Part shown: positions 12,401 through 25,233 of the stretch, piece after piece
Layout of the letters: each line of letters starts with the position of its first letter
Numbering within the stretch: the first letter of the stretch is position 1
Source: Phoronis australis
Lineage: Eukaryota > Animalia > Phoronida
Reading direction: 5' to 3'
NCBI GenBank assembly: GCA_002633005.1
Contig: NMRA01000197.1
Location: 665,290 to 724,441 of the forward strand
DNA length: 59,152 nucleotides
Position numbers and translations under genes: made by a program
The notes under the pieces: generated by a model
Database searches by the model: none
The model's input: only the letters and a program-made list of their open reading frames with translations
Told to the model about the DNA's origin: nothing

Positions 12401-14948
12401 TCCTGAACTGATGAGCCGGAAATGTGGGTACGGAAATAACCGATGAGAGCCGGTACATGTAACTATGCGCTCACGAAGAAGGGTCAAATACTGTTAGATA
12501 ATCGCTTTTGTCAACAAAGGCGAAAAGAATATAAAGAAAGCGTGTGGAAGCAAGATTTTATGTAGTAAGTGTTTTCGGATACTGGAACCACATGGGCAGT
12601 TTGAGACCAGGACTTTAACAATAGCATCGTTTACCTGTTCATGAAGCTACTCCAGCGTTCTTTCAACAATAACTCACACAACAGACTGTAAAACTTAAAC
12701 AGGTTAAAGCACTTATGATTCCGCCAACCAATGCCTAAGAATTCCTTAGAGAAGAGGGACCCGATTTTTGCTCACTGACGTCGGTTACGATCAGCTTTGG
12801 CTGGCAGCAGCACTTCAGGTTTTGAGTCAAGGAGACAGCTAGTACATGTACATGTATGCGTCTCAGATTTCCAAATTGGTTAGAGACCTACATGTATTAA
12901 TTTTAAATTAGCGCTTTCACAGACGCGTTTTGTCTCCGTCTAAAGGAAACTCGTTCTAGCAATTTCAAATGAAAAAAAAATATCTAACTTTGACAGAAGT
13001 TAGTATAGTAATTTGAAAAGCTATCACCAGATGGTGCTGCGGTAGAGTGAGCATCCTTTAGGTACATACAAGAATTGTGAGTCATAATGTCATCATCAGA
13101 CATATATATCACTAGATGTCTCATTGGTTAGTAATCAGGACACGCCAAAATTGCCGCCACATTGAAACAGTCGAGTTCCAAGTGAGCATGGAAATTGCTT
13201 GTACAATGCTGCAACACTGTGCTGTGTTTGGGTGTTGCAGCGGTAGTCTACAGCATGCGGTCAGTTGCTTCGAACATCAACAAATAAAGCTTTACAAATA
13301 AGCATCGTATTTGATGCAAATGGCTATGAATTTCAGTTAAAAAAGTTATTTATGATATTTATTTATGCTGGGCTCTTTTCCATCTGCATTGCTGCTCTAC
13401 AGGCTCAAGAGCATGTCTGAGCGGGAGTGGAGGCCGGTGTAAGATTAATTTTGTCGTAGCCTGATTAGGCCTAGGTGTGACCTTGTTACCTCATTATTTA
13501 ATGTATATGTAACTGCGCAATGTATTGGATTTAGATTACTTTATTAATGTTAAATGATGAATTCAAGCTAAAAGCAGACACCAGTAAGCGTCTTGTGAAC
13601 TGCTGAGCAGATTGTCTTAGAACCTGTGGCGTCATTGGTTGATTTCAGCACCAACGCTTACCGTCAGGTATAAGAACTGAACTTGCTGTTATTAAGTGAA
13701 GCTACTTGGTCTAAATTGATATAAAATACACGTACGTTGTTTTTGGTGGCAATTAGGCATTTCACTCATGATCTTCTGGTTCACTTGAACAATCATCTGA
13801 GGCTTACATTTTAGCCATTTACATAAACTTGAAATGATTAGAACCAGTTCCTGGTTCACTTAAGTTGCTGTTAAATTTAGTAGGCTAAAACGTAGGGTTA
13901 CCATTTACAGTTTCTTTCCTATCACGGGATTGACCCGATGTTCCCCGTACCCTACATGTACATATTGTCCGTCCCTAAGTTCCTCAACCAATGTTTTCTC
14001 GTCCCCATATTCTTCCTGTCCTACATTTCCCGGTACGCCCCAACGATGGAAAACCCTATTAATTCCAAATATTACCCAATCGTTTTTTGATAATGAATTG
14101 AATAGATAATAAAACCGTGCCTTGCTTTAATATGATAACAATGACATATGCCTCGCAAAATGAGACTTTGCAATAATGCACTGGTAACTGGTTCCCGGAT
14201 GGTTTCCGCAGACAGGAAAACTCAGAGTTGTTTGTGTACTAATACTTCCTTTGCATATTCACAATTTAATGAGACATAGAATCTAAAAGCTAATCAGTCT
14301 GCGATCTCGTTTTTCCTTTTGCTGGCGCCGTCCTTGGATCCAGTGTTACATCTGTAGTGTGTGAGTTCCCTTTATCTTGATTATGCGATTGAGTGTTCCA
14401 AGCAGTCTCCACTTGATGAAATGCTGTGAACAGTCATTAAATTTAATCCGTCGAACATCAGATATGTCGATACGATCCAGTCCAACGGATTTCCAGTATT
14501 GGTGATATTTCTGTAGCAAGCCAGTGGCACCTCTTCAAGAAATATCTGGATCGCCACTTTTGCCTATTCATCACTTATCCAGAGTACAAATGTGGTTCAA
14601 TGTGTGGCTTATCTGTGAGTGTTGGCTGTAATAAAAATCTAACAAAAAATTAGTTTGTTGTAACAGGAGGATGAAATAACAGTCCATCAGCTCTTCAGTT
14701 GTATTGCTTCGAGCAGCTCATTCTTCAATAAGGACTGAAACTGTCATCAACTGGCAATGTCCAACCTCATGATAACACACTATCACTCTCTATCGCGAGT
14801 GCTGACAGCTGCTTACCATTCAGGACAACGGTGACAAGTTTAGAGTTGCTCATTCTACATCACAGTGCCTTGTCAACTGAGTCTGGCCACCTTGTAGACA
14901 ATACGTTTTGTTGTAAATGAAGTGATTAACAAATTTGCACACAGTAAA

Positions 14949-15089
14949 CATGGGTGGCGCCCCATAGGGGGCTGGGGGACTATAGGTCCCACTTTTTTCA
15001 GTGTTGTGCGGCCCATGGTCTGTGGGCGGCGCACCACGGTTGGGCTGGGGGATTAAGCCCCCACATTTTTCAGTGATGCGCCGCCCATA
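14949..15089. mobile_element. Tandem dimer of ~70-bp mini-MITEs with 5-bp TSD (GTAAA)
   Basis: catgggtggcgc...gcgccgcccata flanked by gtaaa/gtaaa; two similar internal units, each with gggctggggga and tttttcagtg. Confidence 0.65.
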
Positions 15090-15844
15090 GTAAAACGGCG
15101 ACCGTCGCTCCTAAAATATATTACAATATTTCAGACGTTTCGAGCTGCACACTCTTTGTCAAGGGCATGACACAGATTGCCGAATAGACAGATATATCTG
15201 TCTATGCTAGGGGCTCTTCCTTGCAAAATCACGCACGTTGCCTTAAACATTCCCCAATGCTGAAGTTATCACCCCCAAGAAATACAGTAGTCCATTTTCC
15301 ATCACGCTTTTCCATAAGAGCATTTAATTTAATTCCTGGATATTTCACAGATCTCTTAGTTGCTCCTGTGGCTTTAAGTCTAAACTGCCGCTAGCGATCA
15401 CTGGTAATAGACGGTTGGTCACGGCCGCGCCCGTGGCTGTCACTGCTGCTTTTGTGCATGAACGGTGATATGCGGCCCTGCACGTTATATATTATATTCC
15501 TACTTAAATTGTCTACTGGAATGTGCATTTTGGTGTACTCTCTGAAGCCAATCACGATGATAAGCACTCTGTGTTGTGTTGCTGTTCACATTTGGGGACC
15601 TTCGTCATAGGGCCGGGTGTGTAGCAGCGACTGACGTGTCTAGTTACCTTGGGCTAATAGGCGATGCCTCAGTTAAAGTTGTTTTTGTATCTATGATTCC
15701 CCCTCGACTAATTATTCAAATGACGGTCCTGGAATGTGTTTGCATGCAATGAGGCTAGTGTCCAAGTACACGTATATGGCATGCAGGATAATGAAGAGGA
15801 TTGACTCTTGCGTTTGCTGCCACAAAATGCCGCAAGTGAAACAC

Positions 15845-16224
15845 CTGGTCGACGAAATGCCGGCCACAGACACGGAACTGAGATGTTTCAAGGCGTCATA
15901 TTAGGTTTTAATGGTGTACTTTTCATTGTTCACTGCGGCCGCGAGCCACTTCCGAAGCATTTTGGGCTCTCGAGGAAATCGAAAAACGGTATACCGCTTT
16001 CATTGCAATTTCATAGTTCGCACAAGCGCGGAACGATAGCCACACCATAGCGGCCATTACTCTACAGAAGAACCACTGACGGCGCTGCATTGTTAACTCA
16101 CCTTACTCGCCGGAGGTTAATGCGACACCTCTCTGTGCGGTAAGATCGACCGTATACGTGGAGATGTGGATATAGACCGATTAAGACGGTAAAAAGGTCT
16201 AATTAAATCGGGTGGCTTTCGCCT
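15845..16224 (+). mobile_element. Partial Kolobok-like non-autonomous element (right end)
   Basis: Homologous to 42100-42452 and 43820-44187; ends ggtggctttcgcct followed by TTAA. Confidence 0.75.
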
Positions 16225-19200
16225 TTAAGCCTATAATAGTATTTCAGTGGACACAGGCCAGTATGGCATACGTCGCCGTAAGAGTCAGTGACACCACTTC
16301 CGGCGACATCAGAATATAATAGAATTAAAAGTGCTCCGGGGCCAATTTGTAGACTCATATGTACATGTTTATTTTTTTACCTACACAATACATCATCGGT
16401 AGCCGGAGCCTAGGTCCGGAATTGAAATCCTGCAGTGTGAGACTGGTATAGATGGAGCACATGGGTAACGAAGCAGTCACCCATGGCTATTCCGCCCAGG
16501 AATATGCGCAAACATTGTCTAAGCAGACTGTCAAACGCTTTTTATTCACCTTTTTATGCACCTTTGCCAATTGATGTTTATGTATTAAATCCATTCATAT
16601 TAAAATAAGGTGAAGGACAACGTGCTTATATCATCGATCTTTGGAGGTGATTATTATAATTTTACATCTGGTCCCGTTTATTTTATCAGGCCACAAAATG
16701 TGAAACAAAAGTGAATATGTCCACCATCTCATATAATAGCAATTGCAAAACATCCAACAGAGTTAACAAATCGGGTCTTTGTTCAAGCATTAAAAACGAA
16801 ACAACGTCTTGAGACCAGTGCTCGATATCCAACGTTTTCGGAAACATTCTCAAAATCATTGCGGATAGGTAAATGGATACAGTATATAACAATATTTCTT
16901 GCTGACTGTGAGCTAAACCATAGATTATAGACAGCAGATTCTCAACTCCGGCATATTACGTGATGAGCTAAACTCTCCTGACCTCTCTGGTGCAGTTTCC
17001 GGTTAGTGCATTTTGACGAGAAATACTTGCATCTACTTTACTGTCCAAAACAACGAAAACATATTAATTTCGGCATTAAAACGCTTTTCAAAGTCTTTCA
17101 ATAGTAGAAGTGTTGGTATTGTGAGTACTTTTGGCAATGCTACTGGTAATTAATTACAAAAGTCAAACTTCGGTGCCGACTGATTATGTCGTCTGCTTGC
17201 CCAATAGCAGCATAGTTATCCGACAGTTTTTGATTTATGGTTCACATAGGCCTACTGAGAAAACTACGAAAGCATGTTTATCAATCAACATTCTCAAGTG
17301 AGCAGTTCTTCTGGGAATTGTTGAGTGACCCTTAAAAGGGCCGTTGGTTGTAGCTATAGCGTGAAATGGTTCTCCAACGTTATCAAGAACCCTGCTTTTT
17401 CAGTTCTTGTTCCTAGATTCAGAAGTAGCCCTGAACCATAGGGAAAAAAGACATACTACGAAAACGAATCAAATTTTGAAAATCATCGCCTTCGTGTGAT
17501 TACGTGTTGCTGTCGCCAGACTGTTGTTCCTCCCCAACATCTATGTCGAAAATCGACGTTACAAGTGATGGAAACTTGTGTCCTTTGTTTCTAACTTTTA
17601 ACCCATTTTTTTAAGAAAGAGGTGTTTTACTGTACTGATTTTGTCTAACGTTGATAGAGCAAAACTTTTGGTTTTTACAATGCATTAATTGTGTTGAATG
17701 CATACATATTAGGTGTCTTCATTGAGTTGAACAGAAAATAAACTAAATGTAACACAATAACGTTTTGAAAATAAATAGAACAGTAAAACAGGACTCCCTA
17801 AAAAATCAAGCTGTTTTCGAAAACTTTGCGCCATTGGTGATCTGATTGGTTCATGCATTTACGGAGGGAAAATAATATACCAAGTATCGTGCACGTGTGC
17901 ACTGTAGCAACACTTTGTATCCTATTCTTATTCTGATTTGGCCAATCTGATGATACAGTAAATTTCCTTATTTATGCCCATCCTGATTTGACTGCAACTT
18001 GAGCTTGTTGGGTTCTATCATATATTGGGTTGGCATTGGGACCCACATGATGCTTACTCGAATGGGCTTCATTTTACCAAGTATTTCAAATTGAGGTGAA
18101 GAAAATAAACAAAGTGGGTGATTATCATCACCAGAATTTCATCATTAGTATCTTTGGCCGGGTGCTCAAATTTTCTGAGACAAGGGATTGTCAGATTTGT
18201 AAGGTAGAAGTGTTTCGCTGGATTTCCAGGTCTGTGGCGTTATTTATACCGGACCAAAATTAAAAAACAGACCTTTGTTTAAATCAGGAGCTGCATGATA
18301 CACATTTATTAGACGTGCCCAGGCATTGCACTGATCACTTGGAACCATTTTTATGGTTTATTAATATATAGTTAAACCAAGCTGAGGAGCTTGAAACCTG
18401 ATTCACGGCAATTTTGGCAGCGGTATTTTCTGAAAAATGCTCGTAAGTTGACAACAAAGTTTGATAGCAATGCACTGCAATTTTGTAGAAACTCTGTTCA
18501 TTGGTTACAGATGCGTCACAGAGCGTAACTTTGATGAATTCTAGCTTACGATTTCACCTGTTTCGGAGACCGGGTTTCAACCACTTTTGGGCGCCCCCTT
18601 CCTGAAGCGGATTTTTCTAAGCTCCCTGGCCGCTTATTAGGGCGCATACGGTAATATTTCAGAAGGGCAATGCTTGGTATCCTTTATGCGCGGGACCCTT
18701 TTGTTACATTAGGAGTGGGATTGGCTCATTATGTACCCTACAGGTGGCATAGGATTTTACAAAACTGGATGAAGAATTTTGTTTTCGTCATAAACGTTCG
18801 TTTGAAAGGCTTAAGTTTAGAAATGTTAGGACTTAAGGCGGAAATTTAAAAAAAATATGTCCGCTTACAAAAAAATTAACATTGAAGAATAAAAATAACC
18901 TTTACACCCTGCTGATGTTCCTGTTCCATGTTTTCAAAGAAGTTGGTTGCATTTTCATAGACTGCAGTCGAGAGATTTTGTGCGGCATATATTCGACATG
19001 AAATGAGTGTGTAATCTGCTGTTGAATTGCGAGATAGATTTTGACTGGTCCGGGTGGTTATTTTTGAAGTATTAATGTAATCTGTATTGATGTTAAAGGT
19101 TTTACCAGCATTCTATTTATTTGTACACGAATGTGTATTTTTTGAAATCGCTGATCCAAATCCTGCAGAGACCAACCGTCTGATCAGGGCCAGCGAAGAG

Positions 19201-19389
19201 TAATTGGGTTAATTCGCTCACTAGACTATGGCTGAACTTCCTCGTAAGGACAGGAGTTTATGAGTCACTACCTTTGGAAGAAATTTAGCAGATAATTTTC
19301 GTCAAAAAGTTTACCAGATAGTTTTCATCAAAACGGAGAAAACAAAAATGGATTTGTGAAGACAGGATTAATATTAAGTAGTAGAGTCT

Positions 19390-19576
19390 CTTAAAAACAC
19401 TCATCATCAAAGTGCCTTGAACAAATGTATAGTATTATTGCTGAAACAACTGCCATTCACGTTGACAGAAGAAGTAAGGTTTTCTTCCCACAGCCGATTA
19501 TGGGGTCTTCGGATGGTATGGAAGCTAATTCCTTTGCATTTCGCGTGTGTGGCCGAACAACACAGTAGCCGACCAT
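19390..19576 (-). pseudogene. THAP zinc-finger domain relic (P-element transposase N-terminus)
   Basis: Across two frameshifts: MVGYCVV..., KGISFHTIRRPHNRLWEENL..., YICSRHFDDECF (THAP SFH..W and CSxHF motifs). Confidence 0.7.
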
Positions 19577-19634
19577 GATTAGCAGACGACGTACTTGCCG
19601 GAAATTGCACCAGAAAATTTAGCCAAGTGTCGCC

Positions 19635-19812
19635 TGTATACGCCTGCTCGCTAATCCAGATATATCTGCTGTTAAATATGTGTATTTTGCCCTTAAAAGA
19701 CGAGAACAACTCTTAAATGGGTTGACTGCTTGTGCAAATGTGCCTGATTAATTGTTTTGTTTATTGTACTTTGGGCCTGAGGCCTTCAATACAAATAAAC
19801 GTATTGTATTAT
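19635..19812 (+). mobile_element. 5'-truncated non-LTR retrotransposon 3' end
   Basis: Reads IRLLANPDISAVKYVYFALKRREQLL, then AATAAA and a (TATTG)n tail; flanked by a 43-bp direct duplication. Confidence 0.55.
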
Positions 19813-20608
19813 TACTTGCCGGAAATTGCTCCTGAAAATTTAGCCAGGTGTCGCCAGTGAATAATGACGTAAGGGCTTGTGCGTAAGCTCACAGATTTTG
19901 TCCATTGAAAGTATACGGAGTTGGCGGTCTATGTACTATAATCTATGGCTAAACTCATCTCAACGGAGTGCAAATGAGTACATGGTGATTAGTAACTTCT
20001 GAATAGTCTTGGCCGCAGGCCAAAGTGAATTTCACCACAAACTTAAATATTGACTAAATCCGGATAATCCTTTACATAGGCTTGAACAGAGCAAACATCA
20101 AACCTCAAGCGACATGGGAGGAAAGTTTTAAGCAAACACGTTGATATTTGGCAATAATCATTCTAAACCTACACTCTTTGCAAGACCCTGCATGGCCGGA
20201 AAATTGAGTAGTTATCTCCTCCGACTTGTAAATTTCTAATTATATTCCCTCCCCACGTGTTGTTTATGTGTCCCTTTCGACATGATTTTGCATGCTCAGT
20301 AGTACATGTTACTGACAGTTCTGCATGTGATGAATATTTTGATAAAAAGACGAGAAAGGGAAGAAGTTATCACAGACAGCAATGGCAGCTTCTTTGACAT
20401 TGTTTTGATGCCCATTACTTGTATTAGGCCTACTAGTTGTTATTTTTAGTTCGTCTGAAAGTACCAGGCATGTGGTTACATGTGGAGACTGCCCGGATCT
20501 AAGGAAATAGTACACGCTAGGATTGGCTTACGAGGATTGGCTTACGAAGTAACTGTAGCCAGAGTTGCTTTATTGGTCTCACAATGCTACAAAATGTTAT
20601 GTCGGTAT

Positions 20609-20972
20609 CACGGGTGAGAAACAACATGACCGCCGGTCCTCAAAATCGGACTGACTCACCCAAAACAGGACCTCCGGGGATCAAATGGGACCGTCGCACC
20701 AGAAAATGGGACTGACGCACCTAAAAACATGACCGCCCCACCACAAAACAGGACCGTAGGGGACTGAACATGACCGCCGGACAATATGCGGTTCAATCCC
20801 CGGCGGTCATGTTCAGTCCCCGGCGGTACTGTTTTCTGGTGGGGCGGTCATGTTTTTAGGTGCGTCAGTCCCATTTTCTGGTGCGACGGTCCCATTTGAT
20901 CCCCGGAGGTCCTGTTTTGGGTAAGGCGGTCCGATTTATGAGGACCGGCGGTCATGTTGTTTCTCACCCGTG
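20609..20972. mobile_element. 364-bp foldback MITE with CAC...GTG termini (CMC/Chapaev- or Transib-like)
   Basis: Near-perfect ~170-bp inverted arms cacgggtgagaaacaacatgaccgccggtcct... / ...aggaccggcggtcatgttgtttctcacccgtg, built from ~20-21-bp subrepeats. Confidence 0.85.
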
Positions 20973-21585
20973 GATATGTTACTTGAGGAATAATGCGATG
21001 AATACTTTCAGTCATTCAGTTGAGTAATAATATGGCACCATAGTCAACTCAATCCGTAAGTCCAGTAATCGACTTAATTTTCTACATATTACTTGAGGAA
21101 TGTTTAGATTTTTGCACCGGGTCAAACACACATGTTCGCGTATTGCACGAATAGAAATTTTATTCGTGTACCAGAATGTTAGCAAATGTTACATTCATTC
21201 TGGGTATTCGTCCTAATGTTGTCATATTGTAACAGTTGACAAGGCTTGTCCGGACATTTAAGTGGTTTGTTAACATTCGGCGCTAGATCGTTGAAACGTT
21301 GGTGATTTGTTCCATTTTGTCATCCAATGAAAATTGAGGCCAAAAAGCAATTTTTTTTCTGGCTTGTTCTCCTTAGTCATTCTAAGACACTCGCTCACCG
21401 ATTACCAAAATTGCCAACCAGCATCAAATTCAGGCGACGCCTCGTTTTCTTTTTCTTTCTCTTTCTGAAAAGCTCCGCAAAGACCCGTACGAAAGGGCAT
21501 GCAAAGTGTTGTACTCCATGATTTGTCAAGCGATGAGTGAAAATATAACCCATAATTTTTGCTCGTCTCAGGTGTTAGTATTCTT

Positions 21586-21775
21586 CATGCCCACATCCAG
21601 GCGGGGCTGGTTCCCCCTCAGAGAAAAAAACACAGGAAAAAGTAGAATACATACAAAAGTTCAGGAAGTACCAAAATTCATTGAATGCCCAATTCGTAGC
21701 TCTGAACGTAATCCGTGAACCTTAGTACAAGACCCATTTTCTCAAAAATTCATTTTTAGGCCGGGTGCGCGCGTG
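21586..21775. mobile_element. CATG-terminated MITE with 5-bp TSD (TTCTT)
   Basis: ttctt|catgcccac...gggtgcgcgcgtg|ttctt; internal similarity to 33528-33779 and 44873-45091. Confidence 0.7.
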
Positions 21776-21929
21776 TTCTTCTTTGAAAATGTAAGGAAGT
21801 GGATAGTAACTTACCTTCGACTCGTTTCCCGGAAAAGTAAAAACGGACTAGAACCAACTATGCCTTTTTATCAAATGACAAAGTTTGACGAATGTAATCG
21901 CTTTCATGCCGATAACCATAAATTGTCGA

Positions 21930-22050
21930 GGACCCGGTGTGGCCTAGTGTGATAGGTGCCGCCTTTTTTACATAGGGTTGTGAGTTCGAGTCCCACTGGC
22001 CTACTCTGCTAGACCCTTGAGTCAGGTGTTAAGCTCCTCAGCTCGGTTAT
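21930..22050 (+). mobile_element. tRNA-derived SINE head (Pol III A and B boxes)
   Basis: A-box-like tggcctagtgtg (21940-21951) and B-box gttcgagtc (21984-21992), followed by a CCTTGAG core-like segment; no full cloverleaf. Confidence 0.6.
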
Positions 22051-24666
22051 TAATTACATATTAATAAAGCACAAAAATAATTCCACGTGATCAGTGCAAT
22101 GCGCGGCCTGTGCACGTCGGGTACTACGTGCACCAGACCGCCTGCAATTACAAAAAAATGTCACAATCTTTGCAACAGAATACCTTCGATACATCACCGT
22201 TTGTGTTCAGGTCGAATAACGAAGAATCAACAAGTATATCACCAGCGCAATAATAGTGTTGGTTTTACGTCCTAATAAAACGTGTTTGGGATTATTATCG
22301 CTGTATGGGATCATTTTCACAAAACACGTCGCTCATAGTCGGCTGGTGACTGGTAATACACGCAGTGTTGACTTACGTAGTAAACGGGATGGAATAGAGT
22401 TCTTGGAGTAACCAACTTTGCTTTGAGATATAAAACAACAAAATCATTTGTTTTAGTTATGATTGAAACAACATCAATTCACCAGCATTAGTCAATTCGT
22501 ATGATCACCGACTACATACGCATACCGAGGCGGGTGCGACGGGTGGGAACGCACCCCCTCCCTTATTTCGGGTCCGCCTTAGCAAGCCGAGTTGTAATCA
22601 TATTACCTGTACCTATGCTCTTGAATTACTAGCATAATACTATTTTGCTAAAAATAATTTTCGGTGTAAATGAATGTTTGTTAGTGGTACGATGGAAAGT
22701 TTGTCAGTTATAGAAATCCGGGCAAACCTACGATTTTGGCAGCTCCTTGGTTATCTTCAGTTACAAGGAAAGCGCGTGCCGTTTGATGGGCACGCGCCTT
22801 AAACGGACCCTCGGCACCCAGTAGGTACACAGCTGTCCGATACACTGCTATCAGATGGGTCCCCTTGAAATCCAGCAAAAGGGCAAATTTTTGGACAACT
22901 ATTTTGAATCAATCCGACGTGTCCGAACGCAACAACAAGATGGGAAGTGCTTTTAGCCATTTACAACAGGTGTATGTTTACTTTGTGGAAGAATTTGAAC
23001 CCATTGTCCACAGACAGCACAATGTATGAGGAGTACGCAGACTTGACGAAGTTAACGGGGTACCAAATTGCAGACAGTAAGCTACTTTAACCGGCAAGCA
23101 ACATGAATTTATTATCACATTTTGACAGTCAAACAGTATCTATCACAGCTAAACAACGGTATCCATACAGTGACAAAACTGTTTGATTTAAAAATTCAAA
23201 ATGAAATTTCAAAAACCGGTTTACAGTTTTTGAAGTTATCGCTTCGGCATTTTTCATCTGTTATTTTTTTCATAAAAAAGTATTAAGATTTGATAGTTTC
23301 TCATACAAAACTGGAACATTTTAAAAACAATCTTATAAGCGCGTTTTGGATAAAGGTGCTCAAAGCATGATGATTGAAAATTTGACATAAATGCCAATTC
23401 CGAGATGCAGTTTAACTAACCATTTTTCTGGAGTTTGACATAACCCTAAAGAAATTAGTACGTCTAATATTTTGAGAGAAGTGGTGGTATTGGTGGTATT
23501 ATATAGCCAGTCAATCAGGTGTTCGGTTGTCCAATGTTGTCTACCAAGGCATATTCATGCATCATTATACACAGAGGTTTAACGTCATTTCATTCCAGTT
23601 TACTTCACTTTTGTCACTGTATCCTGCATTGTGACTCAAAAATGTGTGAGATCCTGTGTTCAAAGACTGTCAAATGCGTCAACATACGTTTCACGTATAT
23701 TTAGCTTTTAGAGGAGTCTCCCACTTAAAATGAGAGCCAAGACGCCACAGATTACTTTGAACACTGCCACTAGCTAAATACACAAAAATGAATATTTTCC
23801 TTTTTGTTCATTTCCAAAGAAAGATAATTTTTGACAATGAATGCATTATAATAAAAATCATCCTAACTTTGCGTGAAGTATATGCACATCTATGGGACTT
23901 TTTCCTGTGACGAGGGTAGTAGTTAAAATCGATGGTTGAAGTCCGGGTTTGGTTCGCTTCCTTTAGCTTCGCTCCCAAGTCACATGCTGGATACCGGCTT
24001 GAAGTGACGATGCGTGTAAATCAAGAGAACCCGCAGTTTACCTGTTTTACATTTTTAATAACAGCCGTGAAATATACTCCTCATTCCTGTGCTGAATTGT
24101 TTCTGTTAAAAATTATACAAAATGGGTTCACTGAACCGAAGCTTAAGCAACCTTTATTCAGAGTCGAAAATACAAGCTATGTAATCTCTTTACACGGGTA
24201 TTAGCCTGCAAAGAACTGAATGAGGTACATGTACGTGAATGATCCAATGGAAAACGTCTGACTAGAGAAACTGGTTTCAAGCAAATGGAGAAGGGTTCAC
24301 CGCTTTGACCCTTTATAGTGTTTGATTTGAATGATCAAACAATAGTGCCTGGGTCACCATTGAATAAAGCTATGAAAAGGCATTTGTTTGTGCAAGACAT
24401 TTTCCTTTAGAAAACGTGGGAGCGAGTTCATTTACAAAGGGGCGACCTGTTTACTGAGTGATTGTTTTTACCTTTATTTTAAAGTGTGGGTCACTTGGAG
24501 ATGCAATGAAATCTATCAATGGATTTATGTGTGACGTTCTTCACATAATCACTCTGAACACAAATATTCACGGTTTGGACCAGAGGCCGTTACACCCTTG
24601 CCTACCAGGAAACAATATGCGGTGCCCCTTTCGACTTGACCTCATCCAACAACATCTCGGCTCAAC

Positions 24667-24721
24667 ATGGCCTGGCAGTTTTATTTTCTAGTTCTTTTCC
24701 TACCTGATTTGTCTGCTGCAG
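24667..24721 (+). CDS. Gene 2 exon 1: signal peptide
   Basis: caacATGg start; MAWQFYFLVLFLPDLSAA; cag|gtaagc donor, phase 1, compatible with the next exon. Confidence 0.75.
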
Positions 24722-25233
24722 GTAAGCACATAAAAATGGTGTTGTCTCGCCTTGAACAGGATCACCGTGTTAAGATTTTAATAGTTATGCTTGTTCTAAC
24801 TTAAATACACGTCGGCCTAAAATTGATGTGGCCTGGCTCATCATATACGGAAATTGAAGCTCCATGCAGCCCCATCTTTAAAACCATTGGATGATGTTCA
24901 GGAGTCAAACCTTTCAGCTGTTTTGTTTTTAGCACCGAGATTTAGCGTTTGCCACTTCCACATGATAAAAAGGGATCGAATGCATTTGGTTGCTTCAACG
25001 ACCGGAACTTTGTTTTTTTTAAGTTTGAAGTACATCTAAACCAATTGAACTAATTAGCACTGCGTGGAGTTAACTAGTGCATACAGACAGCTGTCGAACT
25101 CACGTTTGATTTCGTGCAGTGTTTCATTCAAAAAACACGTCTACATTCCCAGTCACCTGTGTCCTGACTTTTTTGGTTACGGGTGCACAACGTGTTCATC
25201 AATTGTTTTGAAAAGAAGTTATGGACACTTAAT

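Larger units (their letters stand above)
16919..19947 (-). mobile_element. P-element-like DNA transposon relic, ~3.0 kb, with 7-bp TSD
   Basis: Imperfect ~31-bp TIRs (catagattatag...caactccg / cggagttg...ctataatctatg); exact TSD gctaaac at 16912-16918 and 19948-19954; contains a THAP relic. Confidence 0.8.

Noticed and set aside
14260-14900. Coding-like minus-strand stretch with stops
   Set aside because: No recognisable family or consistent frame.
16405-16497. Possible minus-strand tRNA-derived SINE
   Set aside because: A and B boxes too degenerate to support a call.
17954-18653. TA-flanked CAGTA...TACGG pogo-like nested element
   Set aside because: TIR similarity beyond the first five bases is weak.
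20609-20972. CRISPR-like appearance of periodic repeats here and at 57900-58151
   Set aside because: Eukaryotic context, no cas genes and no unique spacers; better explained as transposon subterminal repeats.
21930-22000. tRNA gene
   Set aside because: A and B boxes are present but there is no acceptor or anticodon stem; treated as a SINE head.
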